DNA from: Eledone cirrhosa
Taxonomy: Eukaryota
Direction of reading: 5' to 3'
Assembly: GCA_964016885.1 (NCBI GenBank)
Contig: OZ024763.1
Span: 24,614,001-24,678,000, forward strand
DNA length: 64,000 nt
Below the pieces are notes generated by a model, which ran no database searches, was not told the DNA's origin, and saw nothing but the letters and a program-made list of their open reading frames with translations. A program made the translations under genes and the position numbers. This document shows, one piece after another, positions 43,650 through 59,598 of this stretch (positions are counted from its first letter, which is position 1; each line of letters opens with the position of its first letter).

Positions 43650-44345
43650 AACAACAACAACAACAACAACAACCAACAACAACAACAGTAGCAACAGTAG
43701 CATAAGCAACATCACTAACAACAACATCAATAACAACAACAACAACAACGACACAACAACAACAACGATACCACAACAACAGTCACCTCCACCACAACAA
43801 CAATCACCACCACAAAAACAACAACGACACCACAACAACAATCACCACCACCACAACAACAACGACACCACAACAAAAATCACCACCACCACAACAACAA
43901 CGACACCACCACAACAATCACCACCACAACAACAACAACGACACCACAACAACAACGACACCACAACAACAGTCACCACCACCACAACAACAACGACACC
44001 ACAACAAGAATCACCACCACAAAAACAACAACGATACCACAACAACAATCACCACCACAACAACAACGACACCACAACAATAGTCACCACCACCACAGCA
44101 ACAACAACAACAACAACGACACCACAACAACAGTCACCACCACAACAACAACGACACCACAACAACAATCACCACCACCACCACAACAACAACAACAATA
44201 ACGACACCACAACAACAGTCACCACCACCACAACAACAATGACACCACAACAACAATCACCACCACAACAACAACAACGACACCATAACAACAAGAATCA
44301 CCGCCACAACAATAAACAACAGTAATCACTACCACGACCATCACA
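43650..44345. repeat. (ACA/ACC)n-based minisatellite (ACAACAACGACACCACAACAACAATCACC)
   Basis: Seen directly. Confidence 0.9.
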
Positions 44346-44975
44346 ACAACAACAACACTAACAATAAGAAATAAAACATGAATATGAACAACGCCAGATG
44401 TTGACAATTAACGGGATAAACAAACAACAACTTCAACATCATGTAAACAACAACAACATAAATTACAGTAAACTAATGGAGAGGACAATTAACAGAGTAA
44501 ATAACAACGATAACAACAAAAACAGCAACAACAACAATAATAACAATAACAACAACAATAATATCAATTAAACAAACAACCAACTACGTAAAGTAAACGA
44601 AATAATTATTCAGAAAACATAAAAAGACCACACCACACAACCCACATCACACCAACCCACACCACCACATACCACACCATTCCACAGCATAACTCACATC
44701 ACACCACACCACACCATAACTCACATCACACCACACCACACCATCACACACCACAGCAGTTTGTTTTATCACATTCACACACACATCATATGAAACAGAA
44801 AGACTTAATTTTCTTTTGCACGATCCAGCATTTTAAAATGAAACACTCAATTAAATCGTGCGAAACCATTTTTCTGGTTTGAGAGCTGATGGAGGTGAAG
44901 ATGTGTGTGTGTGTAAACTTGTGTTGTACATGACCTTTCTTTATTTCTCTTCCGGTCACTTCTCTTATATATATA

Positions 44976-45045
<70 letters not shown>

Positions 45046-45054
45046 GTATGTATG

Positions 45055-45207
<153 letters not shown>

Positions 45208-45214
45208 GTATATA

Positions 45215-45284
<70 letters not shown>

Positions 45285-45288
45285 TATG

Positions 45289-45392
<104 letters not shown>

Positions 45393-45413
45393 TATATACA
45401 TATATATACGTAT

Positions 45414-45978
45414 GTCAGGTCACCAGTTGGTGCTACTGGTAACATGTATCCCAGTACAACCTGTCTCATGGTCGGGTCGTTGGCGACTAAACTGGCAACC
45501 CCACCAAGGTTTCTTGGTGAGGAGGGTGACTTTGGACATCCTGCAGGACTAAAAACAAAACCTGTCAAAGGGCAAGGGAGCTCTTAAGAGTCAATACCCA
45601 TCCAAAATCACCGGGAGAGATGACCCCTTAGCCTTTGTCAAGGCAGAATTCTAGGAGAAGGAAAACTCTGATATAACACCTGCAATCCTGATGGTATCCA
45701 ATGATGTTGACTTGTTCTTCTTTTTGGTAAATATCATCTTGGTTAAGAGAGTGGGACTGGCTTTGTGCAGTGCCTTTGCTCACTATAAAAGCTTCACAGC
45801 ACAGGCATTGCTTTATATCTGAAGATCTCTCTGCACTTGTCATCACATGGTACCATGGGCCCTGCACTATGTGTCAATAATGGTCACAAGTGTAGTCTTT
45901 GTACCAGAGTTTTCAAGTCGCTGGCTGGACTAAAGTCACATTCGTTCAGCGCATCGGTAGGGGTTCTCCTACATGGAT
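45414..45978 (+). mobile_element. Non-autonomous RTE-derived element, copy 3 (3' end clipped)
   Basis: Colinear with 27895-28460. Confidence 0.8.
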
Positions 45979-45981
45979 TAT

Positions 45982-46030
<49 letters not shown>

Positions 46031-46050
46031 TATATATATATATATGTATG

Positions 46051-46109
<59 letters not shown>

Positions 46110-46122
46110 ATATATATATACC

Positions 46123-46364
<242 letters not shown>

Positions 46365-46368
46365 AATT

Positions 46369-46468
<100 letters not shown>

Positions 46469-46548
46469 TAGTTATTTTATATAGAAAAAACTTCTACGGG
46501 AGTGGTACAGTATCATTTGTATCAAGTCATCAGGAAAACCATCCATTT

Positions 46549-46585
<37 letters not shown>

Positions 46586-46938
46586 TTATGTGTGTGTGTA
46601 TGCATGTATGTATGTATGTATGTATGTATGTATGTATGTATGTATGTATGTTTACTTAGTTTCAGCCCCTTGAGAGAGGAGAGATAACTAAAGGGAAAAT
46701 GAGGGGGTTCGATGAGGAAGGGCAGCTAACGATTCTTTTACATCCATCTCTCTTCATACTTGCAATGCCCACAAGTTCAGCAAGCCAAATGCTGGCGTAA
46801 GATGGACACAGCAAATGTATTTTAAACAATGTTGGTGGGAGGCTCACAGTTCTGGTGATCATATCCTCTCTACTCTCATGAGGTATGTAGACATTCTTGG
46901 TCTTCTGCTTATTCATGTCTCTATCATAGCTGACCAAT

Positions 46939-49340
46939 TGGCAGAGTGGTTAGAACGTCAGATAGAATGGTAGAGTGGTTAGAACGTCAGATAGAATGGT
47001 AGAGTGGTTAGAACGTCAGATAGAATGGCAGAGTGGTTAGAACGTCGGATACAATGGTAGAGTGGTTAGAACGTCTGATAGAATGGTAGAGTGGTTAGAA
47101 CGTCGGATAGAATGGTAGAGTGGTTAGAACGTCAGATAGAATGGTAGAGTGGTTAGAACGTCGGATAGAATGGTAGAGTGGTTAGAACGTCAGATAGAAT
47201 GGTAGAGTGGTTAGAACGTCAGATAGAATGGTAGAGTGGTTAGAACGTCGGATACAATGGTAGAGTGGTTAGATCGTCAGATAGAATGGTAGAGTGGTTA
47301 GAACGTCAGATAGAATGGTAGAGTGGTTAGAACGTCAGATAGAATGGTAGAGTGGTTAGAACGTCAGATAGAATGGGAGAGTGGTTAGAACGTCAGATAG
47401 AATGGTAGAGTGGTTAGAACGTCAGATAGAATGGGAGAGTGGTTAGAACGTCAGATAGAATGGTAGAGTGGTTAGAACGTCGGATAGAATGATAGAGTGG
47501 TTAGAACGTCAGATAGAATGGTAGAGTGGTTAGAACGTCAGATAGAATGGTAGAGTGGTTAGAACGTCAGATAGAATGGTAGAGTGGTTAGAACGTCGGA
47601 TAAAATGGTAGAGTGGTTAGAACGTCAGATAGAATGGTAGAGTGGTTAGAACGTCAGACAGAATGGTAGAGTGGTTAGAACGTCGGATAGAATGGTAGAG
47701 AGGTTAGAACGTCAGATATAATGGCAGAGTGGTTAGAACGTCGGATAAAATGGTAGAGTGGTTAGAACGTCGGATAGAATGGCAGAGTGGTTAGAACGTC
47801 AGATAAAATGGCAGAGTGGTTAGAACGTCGGATAAAATGGTAGAGTGGTTAGAACGTCGGATAGAATGGTAGTGTGGTTAGAACGTCGGATAGAATGGTA
47901 GAGTGGTTAGAACGTCGGATAGAATGGTAGTGTGGTTAGAACGTCGGATAGAATGGTAGAGTGGTTAGATCGTCGGATAGAATGGCAGAGTGGTTAGAAC
48001 GTCCGATAGAATGGTAGTGTGGTTAGAACGTCGGATAGAATGGCAGAGTGGTTGGAACGTCGGATAGAATGGCAGAGTGGTTGGAACGTCAGATAGAATG
48101 GTAGAGTGGTTAGGACGTAGGATAGAATGGTAGAGTGGTTAGAACGTCAGATAGAATGGTAGAGTGGTTAGAACGTCAGATAGAATGGTAGAGTGGTTAG
48201 AACGTCAGATAGAATGGTAGTGTGGTTAGAACGTCGGATAGAATGGTAGAGTGGTTAGAACGTCAGATAAAATGGTAGAGTGGTTAGAACGTAGGATAGA
48301 ATGGTAGAGTGGTTAGAACCTCGGATAGAATAGCAGAGTGGTTAGAACGTCAGATAGAATGGTAGTGTGGTTAGAACGTCGGATAGAATGGTAGAGTGGT
48401 TAGAACGTCAGATAAAATGGTAGAGTGGTTAGAACGTCGGATAGAATGGTAGAGTGGTTAGAACGTCGGATAGAAAGGTAGAGTGGTTAGAACGTCAGAT
48501 AGAATGGTAGAGTGGTTAGAACGTCGGATAGAATGGTAGAGTGGTTAGAACGTCGGAAAGAATGGCAGAGTGGTTAGAACGTCAGATAGAATGGTAGTGT
48601 GGTTAGAACGTCGGATAGAATGGTAGAGTGGTTAGAACGTCGGATAGAATGGCAGAGTGGTTAGAACGTCAGATAGAATGGTAGTGTGGTTAGAACGTCG
48701 GATAGAATGGTAGTGTGGTTAGAACGTCTGATAGAATGGTAGAGTGGTTAGAACGTCGGATAGAATGGTAGTGTGGTTAGAACGTCTGATAGAATGGTAG
48801 AGTGGTTAGAACGTCGGATAGAATGGCAGAGTGGTTAGAACGTCAGATAAAATGGTAGAGTGGTTAGAACGTCGGATAGAATGGTAGAGTCGTTAGATCG
48901 TCGGATAGAATGGTAGTGTGGTTAGAACGTCGGATAGAATGGTAGAGTGGTTAGAACGTCGGATAGAATGGTAGTGTGGTTAGAACGTCGGATAGAATGG
49001 TAGAGTGGTTAGAACGTCGGATAGAATGGTAGAGTGGTTAGATCGTCGGATAGAATGGTAGTGTGGTTAGAACGTCGGATAGAATGGTAGAGTGGTTAGA
49101 ACGTCGGATAGAATGGTAGAGTGGTTAGAACGTCGGATAGAATGGCAGAGTGGTTAGAACGTCAGATAGAATGGTAGAGTGGTTAGATCGTCGGTTAGAA
49201 TGGTAGAGTGGTTAGAACGTCAGATAGAATGGCAGAGTGGTTAGAACGTCAGATAGAATGGTAGAGTGGTTAGATCGTCGGTTAGAATGCTAGAGTGGTT
49301 AGATCGTCTGATAGAATGGTAGTGTGGTTAGATCGTCGGA
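46939..49340 (+). repeat. 29-bp minisatellite (~83 copies) made of a SINE tRNA head/A box
   Basis: Unit TGG(T/C)AGAGTGGTTAGAACGTC(A/G)GATAGAA, continuing directly into a SINE body. Confidence 0.9.
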
Positions 49341-49442
49341 TTTGCGTTATTCGTTCCGGCTTTCTTCTCTCTTAGTTCAAATCTCGCCGAGGTCAGCTTT
49401 GCATTTCATCCATTCGAGTTCGACAAAATGTATTGGAGTCGA
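49341..49442 (+). mobile_element. SINE (family 1-related) body following the array
   Basis: B box AGTTCAAATCT at 49374, then CGCCGAGGTCAGCTTTGCATTTCATCCATTCGAG. Confidence 0.75.
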
Positions 49443-49985
49443 TTCTTCTTGTAGATCTCTTCCCCTCTTTCTCAACGTCTCTTGAGGAAATCCGATGTGT
49501 CAAGACCTGGATAGAAGAAGAAGGGTGCCACCAGATTTTAAAATGCCCTAATAAAAAGGGCCGTATTTCTATACAGCAGTTATAGGAGACCGTCGGTAGT
49601 TAGGGAGCACAATTTACTATATCAGATATTCTCATCCACTCAGATATGATACCTGATACCTGTAATTGTCACCTTTATGAAAGGAACCTATTCTGATGCT
49701 GTATTTGAAAACCATAAGTGACGGGGCTGACGTCTGTCACACCTTGTGGGATGTTCTTCTAAGACAACATTTTACACCAAATCGATATTTAATACCAGGC
49801 ACATCACATGAATCATACTTGACAGGTATATTTTGTTTTGTGTTTGACCTAAATATTGGTTTACTGTGATTTCTGTTCGTGTTACAACACACACATACAC
49901 ACACATACACACACACACACACACACAGGGAAAGAGAGAGAGAGAGAGAGAGAGAGGCCCACACACACCCACACATATATATGTA

Positions 49986-50240
49986 ATAATTGTTTCAACT
50001 TTTGGCACAAGGCCAGCAATTACCCAGTGCATTACTGGTACTTTATTTTATCGACCTCGTAAGGATGAAAGGTAAAGTTAACCTCCGCGGGATTTGAACT
50101 CAGACCATAAAGGGACGTAACTATGCTCAATAATAATAATTGTTTCTACTTTAGGCACAAGGCCAGCAAATTACCCAGTGCATTACTGGTACTTTATTTT
50201 ATCGACCCCGTAAGGATGAAAGGTAAAGTTAACCTCGACA
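49986..50240 (-). mobile_element. Two tandem 5'-truncated SINE family 1 copies
   Basis: 49986-50128 and 50136-50240, each with tail and core. Confidence 0.85.
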
Positions 50241-50449
50241 GGTAGAACAACAGAAGGCCTTAGTGGTAACATTTTTTCAAGTTTTACTGTTTCCAATACA
50301 ACATACGTATTTCTTTGGCCTAGACAGATTATCCCATGATGATGCAATACATAGGCGATTTCATCAGGTTTGGTTTGCGAAATGATTGTATCATGGTTTA
50401 GTAACCGCAATGATCAGTTCTACCCACTGGTAAACCACAGAATATAAAT

Positions 50450-50498
<49 letters not shown>

Positions 50499-50499
<1 letters not shown>

Positions 50500-50708
50500 T
50501 AGGAACGAGCAGGACCCCGACGGCTGAGCTCAAGCCGTTTCGACGGCTAATTCTGGACTCAGAATTAGCGTCCAGAATTAGCCGTCGAAACGGCTTGAGC
50601 TCAGCCGTCGGGGTCCTACTCGTTCCTATTACCCACTCTACTACCCTAAGTATTGAGTACTTTGGTGCGTTATGGTCCACCTGGTTCCTTACCACATTTC
50701 CTCCGTTA
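50499..50708 (+). mobile_element. Family B fold-back element (131-bp hairpin at 50499-50629)
   Basis: Arms 50499-50558 and 50570-50629 with one mismatch; tail matches 29233-29327. Confidence 0.85.
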
Positions 50709-50715
50709 TATATAA

Positions 50716-50749
<34 letters not shown>

Positions 50750-51198
50750 TCCCAAAATGGCTGACGTGTACACACGTGCATTTTTCCTGAAAAACTATTT
50801 CGCGTTCCTTTCTCTTCTCACTCACTATCTTTCTGTTTCATTATTTCATTTCTCATTCTCTCTTTGGTGAAGGACTTGTGACCGAAACGTACAGACTCTT
50901 TTCCTACTATATCAAGCTTTAAACTAATATATTTCTGCATTGTACTGTATGTGTTTCCCTTTGTTCTTTCCACATATTTATCTCACACTATCTATATCTG
51001 TGTGTGTATGTGTATATGTGTGTATGCATGTATGTTTCTGTATGTATGTGTATATATGTGTATGTATGTGTACATGTTTGTGTGTATGTGTGTGAGTCTT
51101 TATAGGCATGGTTGCTTCTATTAACAGAAAATAATTACTACCTATGAAGTAGTTTGTTGATTTTAATTGATCTAGTAATGAATTATACATACACATAT

Positions 51199-51313
<115 letters not shown>

Positions 51314-51793
51314 TGGTCTGAAGTAACTGTCTTTCCTTTATTATTATTATATATACATATAGTATATACGTACACATATACATATATATATATATGAATA
51401 TACATATAATTGCATATATAGATACATACACACACATGTAGATACATGCATACATACATACATACATACATACATACATACATACATACATACATACATA
51501 CGTAACACACATACATACATATATACATACATACATATGTTGCTCGCTTTAATTAATCAAGTAAAGCTTGCATATTAGATGAAAATCATATATCACTTGA
51601 ATTAATACAGAAAAAATGTAAAATTTCATACGCACACACACACGCACACACACTCACACTATGTGTGTGTATGGATGGATGTATATATATATATATATGT
51701 GTGTGTGTATATAAATATAGATGGGTATTTATATATATATATATTTCTATATGAATATATGTATATATATGTATATATATATATATATGTATA

Positions 51794-51831
<38 letters not shown>

Positions 51832-51893
51832 TATATATATACATACATATCGATGTCTATACACACACACACACATGTATATATATATAAACA

Positions 51894-52007
<114 letters not shown>

Positions 52008-52573
52008 AGAGCGAGAGAGTAAGAGAAGCTGTGTGTGTGAGAGAGTGGCAGAAGGGTAGATATGTGAGAGAGAGAGAGAGAGTGTGTGCGTGTGTTAGAC
52101 TGTGTGTATGTGAGAGAGTGTAAGATTGTGTGTGTGTGTGAGAGAGAGACTGTAAGACTGTTTGCGTGTGAGAGGGGGGGGGGGTAACGAAGCATGTATG
52201 ATTAATTACATAAAAATATATTGATGTGTGATGTTATGCTATAGGTCTCAGATATTTTTGAAGTAAACTCACCTTTCTTATAATTTCCTATTATTATGTC
52301 AGTCTGTCTGTGTGCCTGTCTCTTACGTCAGACATATTAAATTACTATCGTTCTATATAATTTCTTTGTTGACTAATTGGTAGACAGATATACAGATCGA
52401 TATCTCCATAGCTCGATAGCATGATAGACTATTTGATTAAGAAATTTCGATATGAACTTATAATGCTTAGAAATATTCCACTGCAAATGTCAAATCTTGT
52501 CGTCTAACTTGGAATACCAATTTGAATATATCAGTCTGTCTGTTTGTCACTCTTTCTCCCCCCCCCCTCTCTC

Positions 52574-52613
<40 letters not shown>

Positions 52614-52682
52614 TGTCTGTTTGACTGTCTGTCTGTTTAGCTATCTATATATTTATCTATCTATCTATCTGTCCATCTATCC

Positions 52683-52930
<248 letters not shown>

Positions 52931-53591
52931 TATCTGTCTATCTTATCTATCCATACGTCTCTCTCTCTCTCTCTCACTGTCTCTCTCTATATATATACTA
53001 TCCGCGAGCCAGGTGAGGGGTCATGTTGGAAGTACCTCCTCTAATATACAGTGTTGTCCATGACTGGACCCCGAAACCAATGGTTACATACATGTTAAAT
53101 GAAACATTATTTATACTATATATAAATAAATAAATAAATATATATATATATATATATGTATTAAATATTATACTCTTGATTTGGCCAGAGATGAATATTT
53201 CCAGATACCTTTTAAGTGTAACTTTCCGTATTTGTTATTTGTATGAAATATTGATCGTTATTCTGGTATCTTATCTCTGTTTTTAGCCTAAGAAAATACC
53301 TATATGCGTGTATAAATAATACATGCATATATTTATTTTAAAAAAATCTAATTGAGTTCTTCACACGCAAGGTTAAAATTATTGAAAGAATTAATTGACC
53401 CGCGTGCATATTATTTTATTTTCTTGTGTTTTGCAATGACCTCCCCTTTCCGCTTGATGACAGTGTGAAATTTCTCATTCTGAGACTGCTGGAATTTCAA
53501 ATTTGGCGGTCATTCTGACACGGAAGGGGACCATCGCTGAACATTGGATATCGGTAAGAAAAATTTCTTTTATATCGATGTTTGACGGGCA

Positions 53592-53713
53592 TCCACTGAT
53601 GATTTATAAGTGCCCACCTACATATATTCCTACGGACTATGTGTAGGCTTCTGCATGACCTGGACATTATTTTCCCAACTTGTAGAAAACTTATAATGAA
53701 ACAATTGTTTGGA
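53592..53713 (+). ncRNA. Type I hammerhead with 77-nt loop II insertion
   Basis: tcca CTGATGA t ttataagt [77 nt] acttataa t GAAA caattg TT tgga. Confidence 0.75.
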
Positions 53714-53890
53714 AAGGGAGATGTATTTTAATTATGTCTCATATAAAACAATACAACTGGCTATCCGCAAAATACATATAGTTAGCACCCCAAACGTAAA
53801 ATTGGGATTATACTAAGGTATATCCTAATGTTTGTTGAGTGAGATGGAAGCCGGTCAGAGTATAGCTTAAAGCTTTCTCTGTTAATGTAT

Positions 53891-53926
<36 letters not shown>

Positions 53927-53931
<5 letters not shown>

Positions 53932-54888
53932 AAATGGGGAGAAGAATACTGCAGGTTGCACATGGATAACATGTTGTAAAATGAGTCCCTCATCAGTGAT
54001 TTGCCAACGATCATAGATATTTCATTGCATTAAAAATCATATACCTCACGTTGGTGCAATAATAACTAAATTAAGTTATTAGGACAATTAAAACGCGTAA
54101 AGCGAGTGAGACAAGTAAACAACAAAGAGGAAAGCTAACCGTAGATAGGAAGGGAACAAGCTACATAGTTATTCTGTCAGCATAAGCTGGGTGAATATAT
54201 GAGCGCTTAGAAAAAAGACCTTTCGAGATGAATCCAAATGTAAGAAAGAAGGAAATTGTATTCGTCGCGAACGGGGTGAAGTGAGAAGAGGAGAAACAGT
54301 GAGTGAGTGAGTGGAAGTGTGACGAAGAGGTCAGTAGAGAGAAAGTGTTAACTGACATGACAGAGGGGGCGAAAGAAAGTAGGAGAAACAGAGAGAACGA
54401 GGGAGCAGTAAGAGAGAGAGAGAAAAACAGAATCGCAGTTTAGGTAAATATATGTGAAAAAATGGGGAGAAGAATACTGCAGGTTGCACATGGATAACAT
54501 GTTATAAAATGAGTCCCTCATCAGTGATTTGCCAACGATCATAGATATTTCATTGCATTAAAAATCATATACCTCACGTTGGTGCAATAATAACTAAATT
54601 AAGTTATTAGGACAATTAAAACGCGTAAAGCGAGTGAGACAAGTAAACAACAAAGAGGAAAGCTAACCGTAGATAGGAAGGGAACAAGCTACATAGTTAT
54701 TCTGTCAGCAAAAGCTGGGTGAATATATGAGCGCTTAGAAAAAAGACCTTTCGAGGTGAATCCAAATGTAAGAAAGAAGGAAATTGTATTCGTCGCGAAC
54801 GGGGTGAAGTGAGAAGGGGAGAAACAGTGAGTGAGTGAGTGGAAGTGTGAGGAAGAGGTCAGTAGAGAGAAAGTGTTAACTGACATGA
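53927..54888 (-). mobile_element. Family R, partial tandem (period 528 bp, ~1.8 units) bounded by (TA)n
   Basis: TGAAAAAATGGGGAGAAGAATACTGC at 53927 and 54455; near-identical units. Confidence 0.85.
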
Positions 54889-55042
54889 TATATATATGTA
54901 TGTATATATATATAGTGGTAGAACACTAGAAGGTAATATCCGTAGTGGTAGAGCACTCAGGCCATGGAGGATCGGCTAAGGTGAAAAAATAATTGTTCTC
55001 GGTATGGTGAACTAACTGTTGTGTAACCACTTCTATATATAT

Positions 55043-55776
<734 letters not shown>

Positions 55777-55794
55777 ATATATATATATATATAT

Positions 55795-56136
55795 ATATCA
55801 CAGAAAAAAGAGAATCAGTGTTGCGACGAAAGGAATTTATTGGACATATTACAATCGTTTCTGGGGCGACCAGATTGAGACACGATCGATAGGAAAATCT
55901 GCTTCGTAGAATCGAGACGTATCCGAGGACCGCGCGATTTCAGAGTCAGGTTTGATCACCATAACGATCGTGCCTCGAGCTGGTCGCCCGGAGAAACAAT
56001 TGTAATATGTCCAATAAATTCCTTTCGTCGCAACACTGATTCTCTTTTTCTGTGATATCATACTCTGCTCTACGAGGGCATTGAGTGCTCATACGGCCTA
56101 TCGCATACGGACGCTTTTAGCATCCAATACCAATTA
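55795..56136 (+). mobile_element. Fold-back element with ~79-bp arms and degenerate HHR
   Basis: 55795-55873 versus 55980-56058; GAAACAATTGTA, AATAAA and TTGAGTGCT tail. Confidence 0.75.
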
Positions 56137-56141
56137 TATAA

Positions 56142-56205
<64 letters not shown>

Positions 56206-56211
56206 AATATA

Positions 56212-56266
<55 letters not shown>

Positions 56267-56326
56267 TATTTATATATATATATATATTTATAATATATAT
56301 ATATATATAATATATATATAATATAT

Positions 56327-56358
<32 letters not shown>

Positions 56359-56408
56359 AATATATATATAACATATATATTTATATATATATATATAACA
56401 TATATATT

Positions 56409-56471
<63 letters not shown>

Positions 56472-56472
56472 C

Positions 56473-56543
<71 letters not shown>

Positions 56544-56812
56544 TATGTATATATATATATATATATAACTCGTCCTATGGGTTGAGTGCTCTTATCCTTA
56601 GATATTTCTACCAAATTGTACTGCAGTGTATATATGTATACATATACACACACACACACACACACATATATATATGCAGAAGTTATATTTAATTTGTTGG
56701 GATTCTCCAAGCTTAAAAGTTTTATACCTAATATAAAGCACTCAACAGTTACTGGAGTAAATATTCAATATATTAATAAATGGAAACTATATTTATAAAA
56801 CCATTAATTTTT

Positions 56813-56867
56813 TATTATATATATTTCAAGGACAACCAAGGCAATTTTGGTGCGCTTTCATCAGATA
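56813..56867 (-). ncRNA. Type I hammerhead (family C), left arm of inverted pair 56766-56867/56944-57046
   Basis: Minus strand reads tat CTGATGA aagcgcaccaa aattgcc ttggttgtcctt GAAA tatata TA ata. Confidence 0.7.
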
Positions 56868-56940
56868 TTATCCAGCGAACCTTCAACCGTCAAGGTTGTT
56901 TTTCTACGGGTATGTCAACATTTATAATACATATTTTGTA

Positions 56941-57002
56941 TTTTATCTGATGAAAGCGCACGCAAAATTGCTTTTGTTGCCCTTGAAATATATATAATAA
57001 AA
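56941..57002 (+). ncRNA. Type I hammerhead (family C)
   Basis: ttttat CTGATGA aagcgcacgcaaaa ttgc ttttgttgccctt GAAA tatata TA ataaaa. Confidence 0.8.
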
Positions 57003-57045
57003 TAATTATGGTTTTATAAATATAGTTTTCATTTATTAATATATT

Positions 57046-57075
<30 letters not shown>

Positions 57076-57076
<1 letters not shown>

Positions 57077-57380
57077 CACTGAGGATGAAAAACTCAGAGC
57101 TGTATGGGAGCCTCCCAAACGTCAGCTCAAAAGTGACGCAGAGGAGACTGAGGTTAGCTGGACATGCTCACCGACATCCAGAGTTAACATTGCACTCAGT
57201 ACTCCTTTGGGAGCCCCTACATGGACACACTGAAGAGGAAGACCAAGGTTAACGTATGTTGATGCCTTAAGAACAGACACTGGTCTGTTGGAGACGCAGG
57301 ACATGGCAGCGATAATGAGGGACAGAGACCACTGGAGGGGGTCTCGTCCATGGATCTCGGGAATTTTACCCGCCCTAGAT
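57076..57380 (+). mobile_element. RTE-clade LINE 3' fragment (frameshifted)
   Basis: NSELYGSLPNVSSKVTQRRLRLAGHAHRHPE..VLLWEP, then in a shifted frame RGRPRLTYVDALRTDTG..MRDRDHWR: a typical RTE C-terminus. Inserted in (TA)n. Confidence 0.85.
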
Positions 57381-57407
57381 ATATATACTATATATATATG
57401 TCCTCTG

Positions 57408-57469
<62 letters not shown>

Positions 57470-57807
57470 ATGTGTGTGGGCGTGTGTGTGTGTAGTTTTG
57501 ATTCGACCGCCTCTCTCTACTCAGATACTCTCAGCACACCGCCGTCACTCTCACCCAATAAGCCTTTGACCTCACATGGTAATTTTATAATTTTTTAATC
57601 GACTCATACCGAAACCCCAACGCCACCATCTTCCACACATGGACCTCAACTCCCGAATTGCTCCGCCATGTTTTTTCCTTTGAACACACATATTTTTCAT
57701 TTGCCTCCGACTTTCTATTATAACATAATTACGTGTCTATACTATAGTATATATAAATAGATATATGTATATGTATAAATGCATATGTATCTAAACATAT
57801 ATGTATG

Positions 57808-57899
<92 letters not shown>

Positions 57900-58043
57900 T
57901 GTATATATATATGTATGTATATGTATAATATACTGTATGTATATATATTTAATATAGAAATGCTTTCTATAGGGCTAGAACTGTTTCGTTCGAAGGAAAT
58001 CATTTTACCCGGGATGCTCACGCACACGCACACACACACACAC

Positions 58044-58089
<46 letters not shown>

Positions 58090-58091
<2 letters not shown>

Positions 58092-58277
58092 CGAAGGAGG
58101 TGTGGTAAGGAACCAGATGGACCATAACGCACCAGAGTACTCAATACTTAGGGTAGTAGAGTGGATAATAGGAAAATATATGACCCCGACGGCAGAGCTC
58201 TAGAGGTTTCGACTGCTATTTCTGGAAATAGCAGTCGAAACGGTTTGAGCTCTGCCGTCGGGGGACATACATTTTCC

Positions 58278-58280
<3 letters not shown>
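58090..58280 (-). mobile_element. Family B fold-back element (hairpin at 58168-58280)
   Basis: Same organisation as 14922-15117; apex TTTC-TG-GAAA at 58223. Confidence 0.8.
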
Positions 58281-58362
<82 letters not shown>

Positions 58363-58580
58363 TTATTTATGCTTGAGCATATGTATGTTTATATTTGTAT
58401 ATATGATTGTTTGTAAATATATGTAATCTTGAGTCTGTGTATATATATGTATATATATGTGTGTATATACGCGTGTGTGTGCGAGAGAGGGGGGCGGGCT
58501 TTATCTACTCTCCGTGTTCATAAACTCCACAACTAGATCAAACTGATACTGCAAAACTATTACCGATACACTATACATAA

Positions 58581-58638
<58 letters not shown>

Positions 58639-58701
58639 GCTACTACTACTACTGCCGCTATGTAGTCATATATATATATATATACATATATATATACATT
58701 T

Positions 58702-58740
<39 letters not shown>

Positions 58741-58751
58741 TATATACATTT

Positions 58752-58790
<39 letters not shown>

Positions 58791-58909
58791 TATATACATT
58801 TATACATACATATATATATATACATATATATATACACACACATATATATTTATATATATATATATATGCTTACATATACATATATGTATAAATAAACTGC
58901 TGTTGCTGC

Positions 58910-58959
<50 letters not shown>

Positions 58960-59534
58960 CCAGTAGCAGCAGTAATAGCAGCAGTAGTTTATTTACCCAC
59001 AACAATACCACCACCACCAACAACAACAATAAACAACAGCCAAATGAACTCGGCCATTAACAAAAACAATAAATGAGGATTTGACCTGATTGATAAGCGT
59101 TCTTAATATATCGATCACTGTTCGGTTTAATGTCCATTTATTTATTGGCCATTCCTACATTCCTACATTCCCACAAACCCACATCCCATAAACCCACATT
59201 GCTAAATTCCGTTATTCCTGCATTCATTTATTCCAATCTCCTCCACATTTCAGTCCAGTTTTTCGATTCTTCCTTTCTGTACTGTGTCTCGTTGTGTCTG
59301 TGTTGTGTGTCTGATATTTGTGGGGATGTGAGTGTGTATTATTGTGTGTGTTAGTGTGTTAGTGTGTGTGTGTGTTTATATATGTCAGTATATAAGCGTG
59401 TGTGTATCTCTACGTGTCTGTGAATATATATATATATATATATAGAATGTTTTCTTTCAGGCAACTGTATATATATGAGTGAGTGGTTAACGGCCATCCT
59501 AGACGAAAACTAATTGTCTGGCTTGATATAATTA

Positions 59535-59598
<64 letters not shown>

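Noticed and set aside
46662-46937. 91-aa minus-strand ORF next to the satellite
   Set aside because: Non-ATG start, no recognisable motif and no supporting splice signals.
46939-49340. CRISPR-like array of 29-bp repeats
   Set aside because: No spacers, units are contiguous, the context is eukaryotic and there are no cas genes.
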